Shown here piece after piece: positions 40,053 through 49,318 of a stretch of DNA of 64,000 bases; the stretch's first letter is position 1; the number at the start of each line of letters is the position of its first letter. Position numbers and translations under genes: made by a program. The notes below the pieces were generated by a model. That model saw nothing but the letters and a program-made list of their open reading frames with translations. It did not search any database and was not told the origin of the DNA. The stretch spans positions 80,601 to 144,600 of the forward strand of contig OZ244168.1 in assembly GCA_965216555.1 (NCBI GenBank), written 5' to 3'. The DNA is from Erythrobacter sp. Its GTDB lineage: Bacteria > Pseudomonadota > Alphaproteobacteria > Sphingomonadales > Sphingomonadaceae.

Positions 40053-40502
40053 TCAGGATACGGATTGGCGGCGCAGATCGCGCGCCTTGGTGAGAATGAT
40101 GTCTTCGAGCTTCTGCACCGTCGCAGCCTGGACCGGCGCTTCGACCCACAGGCCATTCTGCGATACCTGGCGGCTCGCCGCCACGCGCAGCGCATCAGCG
40201 CGCAATTGCATGTCGAGGATCGTCACCGTCACTTTGACTCGCTCACCCGGATTGCTCGGATTGGCGTACCAATCCGTGACGATCACACCACCAGCGCTAT
40301 CGGCCTGGAGCAAAGGTGCGAAACTGACCGTCTCAAGCGCGGCGCGCCAGAGATAGGAATTCACCCCGATTGCGTTGACCTGTGCAGCGGCGACATCCGC
40401 TTGCGGCCGGTCGCGTCCGCCACAGGCTGCAAGGCTGGCTAGTGCAGCAACAGCAAAGGTGGCCTGGGTGGTGCGAAGTGCGATTTGCGATACGCGTGAC
40501 AC
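40053..40502 (-). CDS. DUF3576 lipoprotein
   Basis: Lipobox LAAC; GVNSYLWRAALETVSFAPL, GGVIVTDWY; conserved position upstream of leuS. Confidence 0.88.
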   Translation of the reverse strand: MSRVSQIALRTTQATFAVAALASLAACGGRDRPQADVAAAQVNAIGVNSYLWRAALETVSFAPLLQADSAGGVIVTDWYANPSNPGERVKVTVTILDMQLRADALRVAASRQVSQNGLWVEAPVQAATVQKLEDIILTKARDLRRQSVS

Positions 40503-40837
40503 GACTGGAATTCCTCACATTGGTTCTAGAAAGCTCTATAAAGGCAACAGGCCGCTCGGCAAGCGGTGTGGCGCGGCTTTCAGCGATAATTTCGCTGTGT
40601 CTAGGCATCCAATCGCCTTTATCGCGCCTGAACCTCGTTTCGCCGCGTGTGGACCCAGCGCAACAGGTCGAGCAAGACTCAACCCCTTATTCATAGTGGC
40701 GATTGCTTTGAGCGGCGAAATCTCCATATTATTCAGCTGAACATCACGGTTGGTGGAGCGATTCCGCTCAGCTGCCGTTCAGCCAAGACATGCTTTTTAT
40801 GCAATCTTGGCCATTAGGGGCATCGGATTAGGGTCAA

Positions 40838-41593
40838 ATGACGCAGCAAGGTAGCCAGTGGAAAGCAAAGGGACGCAGCGCGGCCCCACTTGCCTTTGCC
40901 GCGACCGCGCTTGCTTTGTGCGTTCCATCAGCGGGTCTGGCCGTGGTCAGCTTGACCGGCAATTCATCAGATTCCGCGATTTCCGATCTCAACATTTTCA
41001 CGCCCGCTTCGGTCGATCCGAACCTGGCCGCGCGCGCAGCTGACACAGCACGCGAAAACGGCATCCGCTTCACCCCGGCAGGCGCACCTTCGGAACGCCG
41101 CGACCGGACAGTGACCGTCGCCGTTCGCGTTGACAGTGACACCGCGCAGGCAATTTCGGTTCGCTCTGCCGCGCAATTGGGCCAGACCGCCAGCGATCGA
41201 CTGTCTTCGCTGCAGCCGACGCGCTACAATCTTGGCACGGCATTGGGCTATGAGAGCTTTGCCCGCCCTGCCCAATTGCCAGATTCGGTGCGCAACATTT
41301 CGATGCCCGATCTGTCAACCTATGAACCTGCTCGCAGCACCGCTCCTGATGAGCCTAGCCGCCTGCAGCCGCGGATTGCTCTGGAAGGCGAAGAGATTGC
41401 CGGTCGCTCGCGCAACACGCTCGACGCTTTGAGCGCACAAACGGTTGACCTTGGTGGTTCTTACAGCGTCACCCGCAATTTGGATGTGACCGCGGGTGTC
41501 CGCATCTCGCAAGAGCGTGATCGCCTCGCACCGCTGACGGATTCAGCGCAAGACAGCCAAGCGGTCTATGTCGGGACGCAGTTCCGCTTCTAA
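40838..41593 (+). CDS. Hypothetical outer-membrane beta-barrel-like protein
   Basis: Signal-like N-terminus; C-terminal amphipathic strands (VDLGGSYSV, LDVTAGVRI) ending in the BAM-type signal VYVGTQFRF. Confidence 0.7.
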   Translation: MTQQGSQWKAKGRSAAPLAFAATALALCVPSAGLAVVSLTGNSSDSAISDLNIFTPASVDPNLAARAADTARENGIRFTPAGAPSERRDRTVTVAVRVDSDTAQAISVRSAAQLGQTASDRLSSLQPTRYNLGTALGYESFARPAQLPDSVRNISMPDLSTYEPARSTAPDEPSRLQPRIALEGEEIAGRSRNTLDALSAQTVDLGGSYSVTRNLDVTAGVRISQERDRLAPLTDSAQDSQAVYVGTQFRF

Positions 41594-41640
41594 TCGCTGG
41601 CGCCTATTCACCGGCGCAAGCCATGAATTCGTATGAAATG

Positions 41641-41665
41641 ACCCCGCTCCGGCGGGGTTTTGCTT
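41641..41665 (+). terminator. Rho-independent terminator
   Basis: ACCCCGC-TCCG-GCGGGGT then TTTGCTT. Confidence 0.65.
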
Positions 41666-41723
41666 GCCTGACGTTACGGCAAGGGTAGTTTTGACCGGTC
41701 TTACCCTTGATCGGAGATCAACA

Positions 41724-42446
41724 ATGTCGCGAGTCGCAATCGTTACCGGAGGAACCCGCGGGATTGGCCGCGCAATTTGCGAGCAATTGCAAGAAGACGG
41801 TTTCACCGTCGTCGCCAATTACGCCGGCAATGATGCGGCGGCCGAGCAGCTCAAGGCGGAAACGGGCATCACCTCGTACAAATGGGATGTGGGCGATCAC
41901 GACGCCACGCAGGCCGGGTGCGAAGCGGTCGCCAATGAGGTTGGTCCGGTCGACATTGTCGTCAACAATGCCGGCATCACGCGCGACGGCACGCTCCACA
42001 AGATGAGCTTTGAAGACTGGAACGAGGTGATGCGGATCAATCTCGGCGGGTGCTTCAACATGGCCAAAGCGTGTTTCCCCGGCATGCGCGAGCGCAAATG
42101 GGGGCGGATCGTCAATATCGGTTCGATCAACGGCCAGGCCGGACAATATGGCCAGGTCAATTACGCGGCAGCGAAATCGGGCATTCACGGCTTCACCAAG
42201 GCCCTGGCGCAAGAAGGTGCCAAGTTTGGCGTCACCTGCAACGCCATCGCGCCCGGCTATATCGACACCGATATGGTCGCGGCGGTGCCCGAACCGGTGT
42301 TGGAGAAGATCGTCGCCAAAATCCCGGTCGGACGGCTCGGCCAGGCGGTTGAGATTGCCCGTGGTGTGAGCTTTCTGTGCTCTCCCGAAGCGGGTTTCGT
42401 GACCGGTTCGACCATGAGCATCAATGGCGGCCAGCACATGTATTGA
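41724..42446 (+). CDS. phaB: Acetoacetyl-CoA reductase
   Basis: TGGTRGIG, VVNNAGITRDG, SINGQAGQYGQVNYAAAK, IAPGYIDTDMV; start at 41724. Confidence 0.95.
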   Translation: MSRVAIVTGGTRGIGRAICEQLQEDGFTVVANYAGNDAAAEQLKAETGITSYKWDVGDHDATQAGCEAVANEVGPVDIVVNNAGITRDGTLHKMSFEDWNEVMRINLGGCFNMAKACFPGMRERKWGRIVNIGSINGQAGQYGQVNYAAAKSGIHGFTKALAQEGAKFGVTCNAIAPGYIDTDMVAAVPEPVLEKIVAKIPVGRLGQAVEIARGVSFLCSPEAGFVTGSTMSINGGQHMY

Positions 42447-42484
42447 GCGCGGCGTGCTGGCCGGCGCGACGAGATCGCCCGGCG

Positions 42485-42508
42485 TTGAGAGTTTGTTAAG
42501 CACGTTCG
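42485..42508. promoter_or_regulatory. CtrA-like site TTGA-N7-TTAA within an extended 24-bp motif
   Basis: TTGAGAGTTTGTTAAGCACGTTCG upstream of the PilZ gene; 17 of 24 positions identical to 20367-20390. Confidence 0.5.
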
Positions 42509-42556
42509 GCTAGCTTCTATTAGCCCTAATTTCGGGCTGATAGAGGGATGCACACA

Positions 42557-43210
42557 ATGACCGATCAGGTCGACCCAGGCGCCGAGCCAACGGACAGCAA
42601 CCAGCGCACCGCCAATCGTGCGTCGCTGGCGCAGCGATTTGCCAAGATTGTGTGCTTTTCAGGCGAGTTTGTTTGCAAGGTTCGCGATGTGTCAGAGGCG
42701 GGCGTGGGTCTGACCTTCTATCACGATGCACCGTCTGAGCCGCGCGTCATCCTCGAGCTTGCCAATGGACTGACTTATCCGATCGAGCGCGTGTGGCAGG
42801 GCAAGAAACGCTCAGGCTATCGCTTTGCCAGCCCGATCGACATGCAGGAATTCATCGCCGAGGACGGACCGTTCTCTGCCCGTGAAATCCGCTTGCGGAT
42901 CCAATCGGATGTGCGGATCGCCAATGTCAAATCGACCATTCTCGCGAAATTGTGCGATCTGTCGTGCAACGGTGCGAAGATCGAAAGCGATGCCGAACTG
43001 CCCGAACAATGCCTGATGCGGTTTGAGTTCGGCATGGCCGAGCCGCAGCTGGGCCAGATTTGCTGGCGCGATGGCGATCAATATGGGGTGCAGTTCCAGC
43101 ATCCTTTGACGATCGAAGAGCTTTCCGAGCGCGCGGTCGAATTGCAGCCCTTTCATCAGCCCAAGCCGACCCGGATGGCGGGTGCGTTGCGCGGAGCACG
43201 CGTCGCTTAG
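42557..43210 (+). CDS. Tandem PilZ-domain protein
   Basis: First domain RTANR + DVSEAG; second REIR + DLSCNG. SD GAGGG favours ATG 42557. Confidence 0.85.
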   Translation: MTDQVDPGAEPTDSNQRTANRASLAQRFAKIVCFSGEFVCKVRDVSEAGVGLTFYHDAPSEPRVILELANGLTYPIERVWQGKKRSGYRFASPIDMQEFIAEDGPFSAREIRLRIQSDVRIANVKSTILAKLCDLSCNGAKIESDAELPEQCLMRFEFGMAEPQLGQICWRDGDQYGVQFQHPLTIEELSERAVELQPFHQPKPTRMAGALRGARVA

Positions 43211-43250
43211 AGCGCTTGGCGCGAGCTTGTGCGCGCGCTAATCAAGCGCG

Positions 43251-43484
43251 ATGAGCGCGCCCTATCATCCCCCTGTCAAACGCTCGATTGCGATCGCTGG
43301 TCACCGCACCAGCATCAGCCTTGAGCCGGTGTTCTGGGACATGCTGCGTGATGCCGCGGCTGGCGAGGGCCTGCCGATCAGCAGACTGGTCGCGCGGATC
43401 GATGCTGAGCGGATCCAGGCCGACACGCCGCCCGGCCTTGCCAGCGCAATCCGCGTCTATTTGGTCGAACAATGCAGATCGTAA
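43251..43484 (+). CDS. Ribbon-helix-helix (RHH_4) protein
   Basis: VKRSIAIAGHRTSISLEPVFW, LASAIRVY. Confidence 0.9.
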   Translation: MSAPYHPPVKRSIAIAGHRTSISLEPVFWDMLRDAAAGEGLPISRLVARIDAERIQADTPPGLASAIRVYLVEQCRS

Positions 43485-43885
43485 GCTATCACGAGCGGCA
43501 TTTCGCGGGGGTCGATGCGCTGTGGCGTGTCTGCTTCCCCGATGACCCGCCGCGCAATCGCGCTGAACATTCCATTCCTGCCAAGCTCGCGCTGGGCGAT
43601 GATCTGTTTGTTGTCGCCGAGGATGATCAGGGCGCTGTGATCGGCACCGTCATGGCCGGGTATGACGGGCATCGCGGGTGGCTCTACGCGGTCGCTGTCA
43701 GCCCCGACGCCCAGCGGCAAGGGATTGGCGCACAGATGGTGGAGCACGCTTGCGAACGGCTGCGAGCGCTCGGCTGCGGCAAGGTCAATCTGCAGATCCG
43801 CGCGGGCAATCACCAGGTCCAGGACTTTTACGAGACACTCGGTTTCACGACCGAGCCGCGCATTTCGATGGGCCGCCAATTGTAG
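43472..43885 (+). CDS. GNAT acetyltransferase (YpeA-like)
   Basis: GTVMAGYDGHRGWLYAVAV, QRQGIG, GCGKVNLQIR, FYETLGF. Confidence 0.92.
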   Translation: MQIVSYHERHFAGVDALWRVCFPDDPPRNRAEHSIPAKLALGDDLFVVAEDDQGAVIGTVMAGYDGHRGWLYAVAVSPDAQRQGIGAQMVEHACERLRALGCGKVNLQIRAGNHQVQDFYETLGFTTEPRISMGRQL

Positions 43886-43900
43886 CGACCCCAGCCCGGA

Positions 43901-45181
43901 TCAATCGTCGACCCGCTCGATATGCGCGCCGACCAATTGCAGCTTTTCCTCAAGCCGCTCATAGCCGCGATCCAGGTGATAGATCCGGCGAACCTGGGTC
44001 TCACCCTCAGCCGCCAGAGCGGCGATGACAAGGCTCATGGAAGCGCGCAAATCGGTCGCCATGACCTCGGCCCCATGAAGGTGCTCAACGCCCTTCACAA
44101 TCGCCGTACGGCCCTCTGTGGCGATGTCTGCGCCCATTCTCGCCAGCTCGGGAACGTGCATGAACCGGTTCTCGAAAATCGTTTCCTTGAGCACGCTGGT
44201 GCCCTCGGCCTTGCACAGCAGGCTCATCAACTGCGCCTGCATATCGGTCGCCAGGCCGGGATAGGGAGCGGTGGTGAGATCCACCGGCTTGAGCGGTCCA
44301 TTGGCGGCAATGCGCACGCCCTCGGCGCTTTCTTCGATGTCCACTCCGATTGTCCGCAAAGCGTGCAAAGTGGCCTGCATTTCATCGGCTTTGGCGCCTG
44401 CCAGCATGACGTCACCACCAGTGATCGCCGCGGCGCAGGCATAGGAGCCGGCCTCGATCCGATCCGCCATCACGCGATAGGTTGCGCCGTGCAGCCGGTT
44501 GACGCCATGAATGGTGAGATCGGAATCGCCAATCCCTTCAATCTTGGCGCCCATCGCAACCAGCAGGTTGCAGAGATCGACGATCTCGGGCTCGCGCGCC
44601 GCATTGAACAACCGGCTGGTGCCCTTGGCCAAAACCGCCGCCATCAGCGCATTCTCGGTCGCACCCACAGACACGACCGGGAAATCGAAATCGCCACCCG
44701 GCAATCCGCCTTCGGGGGCAATCGCTTTGACATAACCCTGGGTGAGCTCGATCTCGGCTCCGAACGCTTCCAGCGCCTTGAGGTGGAGATCAATCGGGCG
44801 ATTGCCGATCGCGCAGCCGCCCGGCATCGATACGGTTGCCTCGCCCATACGCGCCAGCATCGGGCCCAGCACCAGAATCGACGCGCGCATTTTGCGAACG
44901 AGATCATAGGGCGCGACGGTGGACGTGATCCTTGTCGCTTCAAGCGTCATGACCCGACCAAAATCCTCTGGCCGTGTGCCCTGGATCGCGGTGGTGACAC
45001 CGAACTGGTTCATCAGGTGCTGAAAGCCATCAATATCGGCCAAGCGCGGCAGATTGCGCAGAGTCACAGGTTCTTCGGTCAGCAAGGCGCACGGGATCAG
45101 AGTCAGCGCCGCGTTTTTCGCCCCCGAAATGGGAATTGTGCCCGAGAGGCGGTTGCCCCCGCGAATGAGTAATTTGTCCAT
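43901..45181 (-). CDS. murA: UDP-N-acetylglucosamine 1-carboxyvinyltransferase
   Basis: [22 protein letters not shown] (catalytic Cys), ATDLRA; start at 45181. Confidence 0.97.
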   Translation of the reverse strand: MDKLLIRGGNRLSGTIPISGAKNAALTLIPCALLTEEPVTLRNLPRLADIDGFQHLMNQFGVTTAIQGTRPEDFGRVMTLEATRITSTVAPYDLVRKMRASILVLGPMLARMGEATVSMPGGCAIGNRPIDLHLKALEAFGAEIELTQGYVKAIAPEGGLPGGDFDFPVVSVGATENALMAAVLAKGTSRLFNAAREPEIVDLCNLLVAMGAKIEGIGDSDLTIHGVNRLHGATYRVMADRIEAGSYACAAAITGGDVMLAGAKADEMQATLHALRTIGVDIEESAEGVRIAANGPLKPVDLTTAPYPGLATDMQAQLMSLLCKAEGTSVLKETIFENRFMHVPELARMGADIATEGRTAIVKGVEHLHGAEVMATDLRASMSLVIAALAAEGETQVRRIYHLDRGYERLEEKLQLVGAHIERVDD

Positions 45182-45296
45182 ATGATTGCCCTTAGCCCAT
45201 TTGACGGTGCTCGCAACCAAGCCAGCCGTGCCTTCACCCGGCCAGAGCGCCATGAACGGTTGACGAGCCCTTCCTCAAGCACCTAACCGAGTGAGT

Positions 45297-46181
45297 ATGA
45301 ACCAGCCCAAACCGATCAAGAAAGCCGTGTTCCCTGTTGCCGGGCTTGGCACGCGCTTCCTGCCCGCAACCAAGGCGATTCCCAAGGAATTGCTGCCGAT
45401 CGTTGATCGGCCTTTGATCCAATATGCGGTCGACGAGGCGCGCGAGGCCGGGATCGAACAGATGATCTTCGTCACCGGGCGCGGAAAGACTGCGATCGTC
45501 GAACATTTTGACGTCGCTTACGAGCTCGAATCGACCATGAGCGAGCGCGGCAAGGATATGGGCGTGCTGGCGCCGACGCGGGCGATCCCAGGCGATATCA
45601 TCACCGTGCGCCAACAGGTGCCGATGGGTCTTGGCCACGCTATCTGGTGTGCGCGGGCGATTGTTGGTGATGAGCCGTTTGCGATCTTCCTTCCCGACGA
45701 ATTGATGATCGGTAAGAAAGGCGGGACCGGCTGCATGAAGCAGATGGTCGACGCCTATAATCAGGTTGGCGGCAATCTTATCAGCGTGCTCGAAGTGCCG
45801 ATGGATGAAGTGTCATCCTATGGCGTGATCAATCCGGGGGCCGAGAACGGCGCGCTGACCGAAGTCAAAGGCCTGGTTGAGAAACCGCCTGTGACTGAAG
45901 CGCCATCGAACAAGATCATCTCGGGCCGCTACATCCTTCAACCCGAAGTGATGCGCACGCTCGAGAATCAGGAAAAGGGTGCGGGCGGTGAGATCCAGCT
46001 GACCGACGCCATGGCGCGGATGATTGGTGGCCAGCCCTTCCACGCAGTGACATTTGACGGCAATCGCTATGATTGCGGCAGCAAGATCGGCTTTGTCGAA
46101 GCGACCCTGGCGCTGGCGCTGGAACGCGAGGATATGGGCGAAGACGTGCGCGCGATGGCGACCAGCTTGCTTGCACTATAG
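45297..46181 (+). CDS. galU: UTP--glucose-1-phosphate uridylyltransferase
   Basis: FPVAGLGTRFLPATK, KELLP, GLGHA, VEKP, GEIQLTDA. Confidence 0.96.
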   Translation: MNQPKPIKKAVFPVAGLGTRFLPATKAIPKELLPIVDRPLIQYAVDEAREAGIEQMIFVTGRGKTAIVEHFDVAYELESTMSERGKDMGVLAPTRAIPGDIITVRQQVPMGLGHAIWCARAIVGDEPFAIFLPDELMIGKKGGTGCMKQMVDAYNQVGGNLISVLEVPMDEVSSYGVINPGAENGALTEVKGLVEKPPVTEAPSNKIISGRYILQPEVMRTLENQEKGAGGEIQLTDAMARMIGGQPFHAVTFDGNRYDCGSKIGFVEATLALALEREDMGEDVRAMATSLLAL

Positions 46182-46228
46182 CAATCTTTTGTGGTTTGTT
46201 CTCAGGCGCAAATTTGAGGGAGAAGATC

Positions 46229-46792
46229 TTGCGCAAAGCTCTAATCGTTTCCGGACTGAGTCTGGCATTGACGTCCGGCGCCTTCGCTCAGGAGGCCGAT
46301 TCCTGGTCCCCTTCGAACTATAACGATCTTGAAAAGTCGATCGTGGATTCGTCAAATGCGAAAGGCGAGCCAGTGATCGGTTTCACCGTGCGCCCAGAAA
46401 ATTTCGAGCAAGACGTTAACGATGGCTTCGTTTCATATGCTACGCTTATTCGCACACCTTTCAGCATCGAAGGTGCGCCCGATGGAGTGCAGGAGATATT
46501 CCTGCGAAGCGAGTTCTTTCGAGATCAAAAGGCGACAGGGGATGAAGAGTATTCGTTCCGGTCCGTTCAGTCTTCTTTGGTGGTGAACTGCGCCAGCCGG
46601 GAGATCACAGAAAATGGCTTCACCAGGTTTGAAGAGAATGAAACGAATGGCCGAGCGGTCTACTTTGTAGAAGGCACGACCATCTATGCCGAAATGGCAA
46701 TGGCAAGTCCGTCAGCTGGTTCGATGTTCGAGAGCGCCATGCTGGCTGCGTGTGACGGACAGTTCATGTATTCGCCGAGCTCATCAAACTGA
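46229..46792 (+). CDS. Hypothetical secreted protein
   Basis: SD GAGGGAG then TTG at 46229: MRKALIVSGLSLALTSGAFA-QEADSW (signal peptide); two Cys near the C-terminus. Confidence 0.65.
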   Translation: MRKALIVSGLSLALTSGAFAQEADSWSPSNYNDLEKSIVDSSNAKGEPVIGFTVRPENFEQDVNDGFVSYATLIRTPFSIEGAPDGVQEIFLRSEFFRDQKATGDEEYSFRSVQSSLVVNCASREITENGFTRFEENETNGRAVYFVEGTTIYAEMAMASPSAGSMFESAMLAACDGQFMYSPSSSN

Positions 46793-46796
46793 CCTG

Positions 46797-46831
46797 AAAA
46801 AACAAAACCCCGAGCCGAAACCGGCCCGGGG
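46797..46831 (-). terminator. Rho-independent terminator of the yqiJ-flotillin operon
   Basis: Minus strand: CCCCGGGCCG-GTTT-CGGCTCGGGG then TTTTGTTTTTT. Confidence 0.75.
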
Positions 46832-46858
46832 CCATGTTTGATCGCGAGTGCTCTCGGC

Positions 46859-48586
46859 CTATTCGGCCGCTTCGTCGCTGCCAAGCTCGCCATCATTGGC
46901 GCTGGCGTCGCTGTCGTCATCAAGCGACCAGTTCGACAGCACCTCGTCGACCGCTTTCGGGTCTTTGGCGGCAGCCTCAGCCAGTCCGCCGAGCGAGGAG
47001 CCATCAAGGCCAAGCTCTTTCATCAGGCCATCGAGGACCGGCGCTTGGGCGCGGTAGGCCAGCGCAGCTGACACCGCATCAGTGGCGAGGTTTCCCGAGC
47101 CACCGCCGGCACCCGCAGGCGCGCCCGACGAGCCGCCACCATTCTGAGTGAGCCCGTCAACCTGGACGATCTTGATCGAGTCGATCGCCTCCATCGGCTT
47201 GGCGCTTTCCTTGATGACTTCGGGCAGCACTCTGAGCAGGGCCAGTTTGGTCTGCAGGCTGATCTGGTCCATCGACAGGATATTGGCCGCTTCGTTGACC
47301 GCCTGCTGACCGGCTGCCTCGACTTCGAAACGCACCCGATCTGCTTCAGCGCGCAGGATCTCGGCGTCGGCATCACCCTTCGCTTCAAGCCTGGCCGCTT
47401 CGGCGCGGTTGCTGGCTGCGTCGCGCTCGGCAGCAGCCTCGACCTTGATCTGGATTGCATCACGCTCAGCAACCTTGGCTGCTTCGATCAGTTCGATCTT
47501 CTTCTGACGCTCGGCCACTTCGCTTTCGCGCGAGGTGACAACCTGCTCTTCGGCTTCAACCGCCTTGGCCCGTGCTGCATCGGCTTCGGCCTTGGCCTGG
47601 CTTTCCTCACGGCTCTTGTTCTGAACCGCAATCTGCTGCTCCTGGCGAGCGATCTCAAGCGCGCGAACCTGGTCAATCCGGGCTTCTTCAACCGCGCGAT
47701 CGGCTTCGATCTGCTGGCTGTCGACTTCCTTCTTGGCCTGGATTCGAGCCGCTTCGGCTTCGCGCTCCCGCATCGCCTGTTCGCTGGCGATCTCAGCCGA
47801 TTGCGAAGCACGGCGGATCTCAACCTCACGTTCTTGTGATAGCCGCGCATATTCCTTGTCACGGCCAATCTCGAACGAGCGTTGATCGGCTTCGAGGTTC
47901 TTGGTCTCCATCTGGACCCGCGTATCCTGCTCGATATCGTTGCGCAGCTTCTTGCGCGCTTCGATCTGCTCGGTGAGCTTGGTCAGACCTTCGGCGTCAA
48001 ACGCGTTGTTGGCGTTGAAATGTTCGATGCTGGTCTGGTCGAGACCGGTCAGCGAGACCGATTCGAGCTCGAGGCCGTTCATCGCGAGGTCGTTGGACGA
48101 CACTTGCTGCACCTTCTGCACAAAGTCAGCGCGCTGTTCGTGCAGCTCATTCATGCTCATGCCGGCCGCGACCGAGCGCAGCGCATCGACGAACTTACCC
48201 TCGACGAGGTCCTTGAGCATTTCGGGTTGCATGGTCCGGCCACCCAGCGTTTGCGCGGCCATCGCGATCGAGCCCGAATCTGGCCGGACGCGAACATAGA
48301 ATTCGGCCTTCACGTCGATCCGCAGACGGTCGAGCGTGATCAGCGCCTCTGTGTCCCGCCGAACAACGGCGAGCACCAGGGTGTTCATATTGACCGGCAT
48401 GGTCTCGTGGAACACCGGCAGCACCAGCGCACCACCATTCATGACGACTTTCTCTCCGCCGACACCGGTTCGCACAAAGGCGATCTCCTTCGATGCGCGG
48501 CGATAGAGCATGGTCATCGAGATGATGATGATAAGAAGGGCGACGAAGATGATCCCCGCCCAGAATAGAATATCAAGCAGTCCCAT
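46859..48586 (-). CDS. Flotillin-family protein (YqiK-like)
   Basis: TM, then RRASKEIAFVRTGVGG, VLPVFHE, ALITLDRLR, EGKFVDALRSVAA, long AEA-rich coiled coil, IDSIKIVQV. SD AGGAG favours ATG 48586. Confidence 0.93.
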   Translation of the reverse strand: MGLLDILFWAGIIFVALLIIIISMTMLYRRASKEIAFVRTGVGGEKVVMNGGALVLPVFHETMPVNMNTLVLAVVRRDTEALITLDRLRIDVKAEFYVRVRPDSGSIAMAAQTLGGRTMQPEMLKDLVEGKFVDALRSVAAGMSMNELHEQRADFVQKVQQVSSNDLAMNGLELESVSLTGLDQTSIEHFNANNAFDAEGLTKLTEQIEARKKLRNDIEQDTRVQMETKNLEADQRSFEIGRDKEYARLSQEREVEIRRASQSAEIASEQAMREREAEAARIQAKKEVDSQQIEADRAVEEARIDQVRALEIARQEQQIAVQNKSREESQAKAEADAARAKAVEAEEQVVTSRESEVAERQKKIELIEAAKVAERDAIQIKVEAAAERDAASNRAEAARLEAKGDADAEILRAEADRVRFEVEAAGQQAVNEAANILSMDQISLQTKLALLRVLPEVIKESAKPMEAIDSIKIVQVDGLTQNGGGSSGAPAGAGGGSGNLATDAVSAALAYRAQAPVLDGLMKELGLDGSSLGGLAEAAAKDPKAVDEVLSNWSLDDDSDASANDGELGSDEAAE

Positions 48587-48661
48587 TTTCACTCCTATTG
48601 CGTTGGGCCGAGCGCATCGGGGCAGCGCTCAGGCCGAAAAAATGCTTGGTGGGTGCGACCC

Positions 48662-49318
48662 CTATTCCAATCCAAGCAAGCGGTTTTCGTATTGAACCGC
48701 GAAGAAGGTCTGGCCTTCGCGGCGCACCAGGAGGACAGTCTCGCCCTCCCTCAATTCAACATCGGGATCGTGCGGCTCTACCATCACAAAGTGCGGATGC
48801 CCGTGGCGATCCTCGACTTTCGAGCGCGCCGGCGAACCCTTGCGCGCAACTCCGGTCTGGATTTCGGCATCGCGGCGGATCAGGCTGTCGAGCCCGACCG
48901 CGCTGGTCTCATCCTTGGGCAGCAACGCGCCGACGGGGCGCGACACCGCTCCCGCAACGGGCAGAGTGCCAATTCCCGTCAGCACCGCAGCCAGGCCGGT
49001 GTGCAGCGGCGCGCCAAGCAAGCTGATCGCCAGAGCCTGGCCGGACACGCCAATCGCGGCGAACAGCACCAGGAACAGCGTCAGCCACACCAGGAATGGC
49101 ACGCGTCCAAGACCGACCAGGCTGAGCAGGCCGGCGAGGAAGCCGCCGCCTGAAATGGCGTCAGCTCCGTCGATTTCAGCGTCGAGATCCAGGTCGAGAT
49201 CGATATCAGCATCGCCGCCGAACATGTCCCCAAGGCCCACGATCTGAGCGATGGCGACGAACAGCAGCAGCGCGATGGCAACGGCGAATGGCAGGTTGTG
49301 CGGTTCCAAAATCATCAT
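48662..49318 (-). CDS. YqiJ-family (NfeD-like OB-fold) membrane protein
   Basis: NLPFAVA, GLGRVPFLVWL, LPKDETSAV, PARSKVEDRHGHPHFVMVEP; directly upstream of flotillin. Confidence 0.9.
   Translation of the reverse strand: MMILEPHNLPFAVAIALLLFVAIAQIVGLGDMFGGDADIDLDLDLDAEIDGADAISGGGFLAGLLSLVGLGRVPFLVWLTLFLVLFAAIGVSGQALAISLLGAPLHTGLAAVLTGIGTLPVAGAVSRPVGALLPKDETSAVGLDSLIRRDAEIQTGVARKGSPARSKVEDRHGHPHFVMVEPHDPDVELREGETVLLVRREGQTFFAVQYENRLLGLE

Noticed and set aside
41660-41712. Overlapping small inverted repeats upstream of phaB (TTGCC/GGCAA and CAAGGGTA/TACCCTTG)
   Set aside because: Short stems expected by chance next to a terminator; no riboswitch consensus and no TGC-N3-GCA PhaR box.
47300-48000. 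Repetitive AEA/EAA coding stretch in flotillin as a DNA repeat element
   Set aside because: Explained by the family's normal coiled-coil; no exact nucleotide repeat unit or spacer structure.
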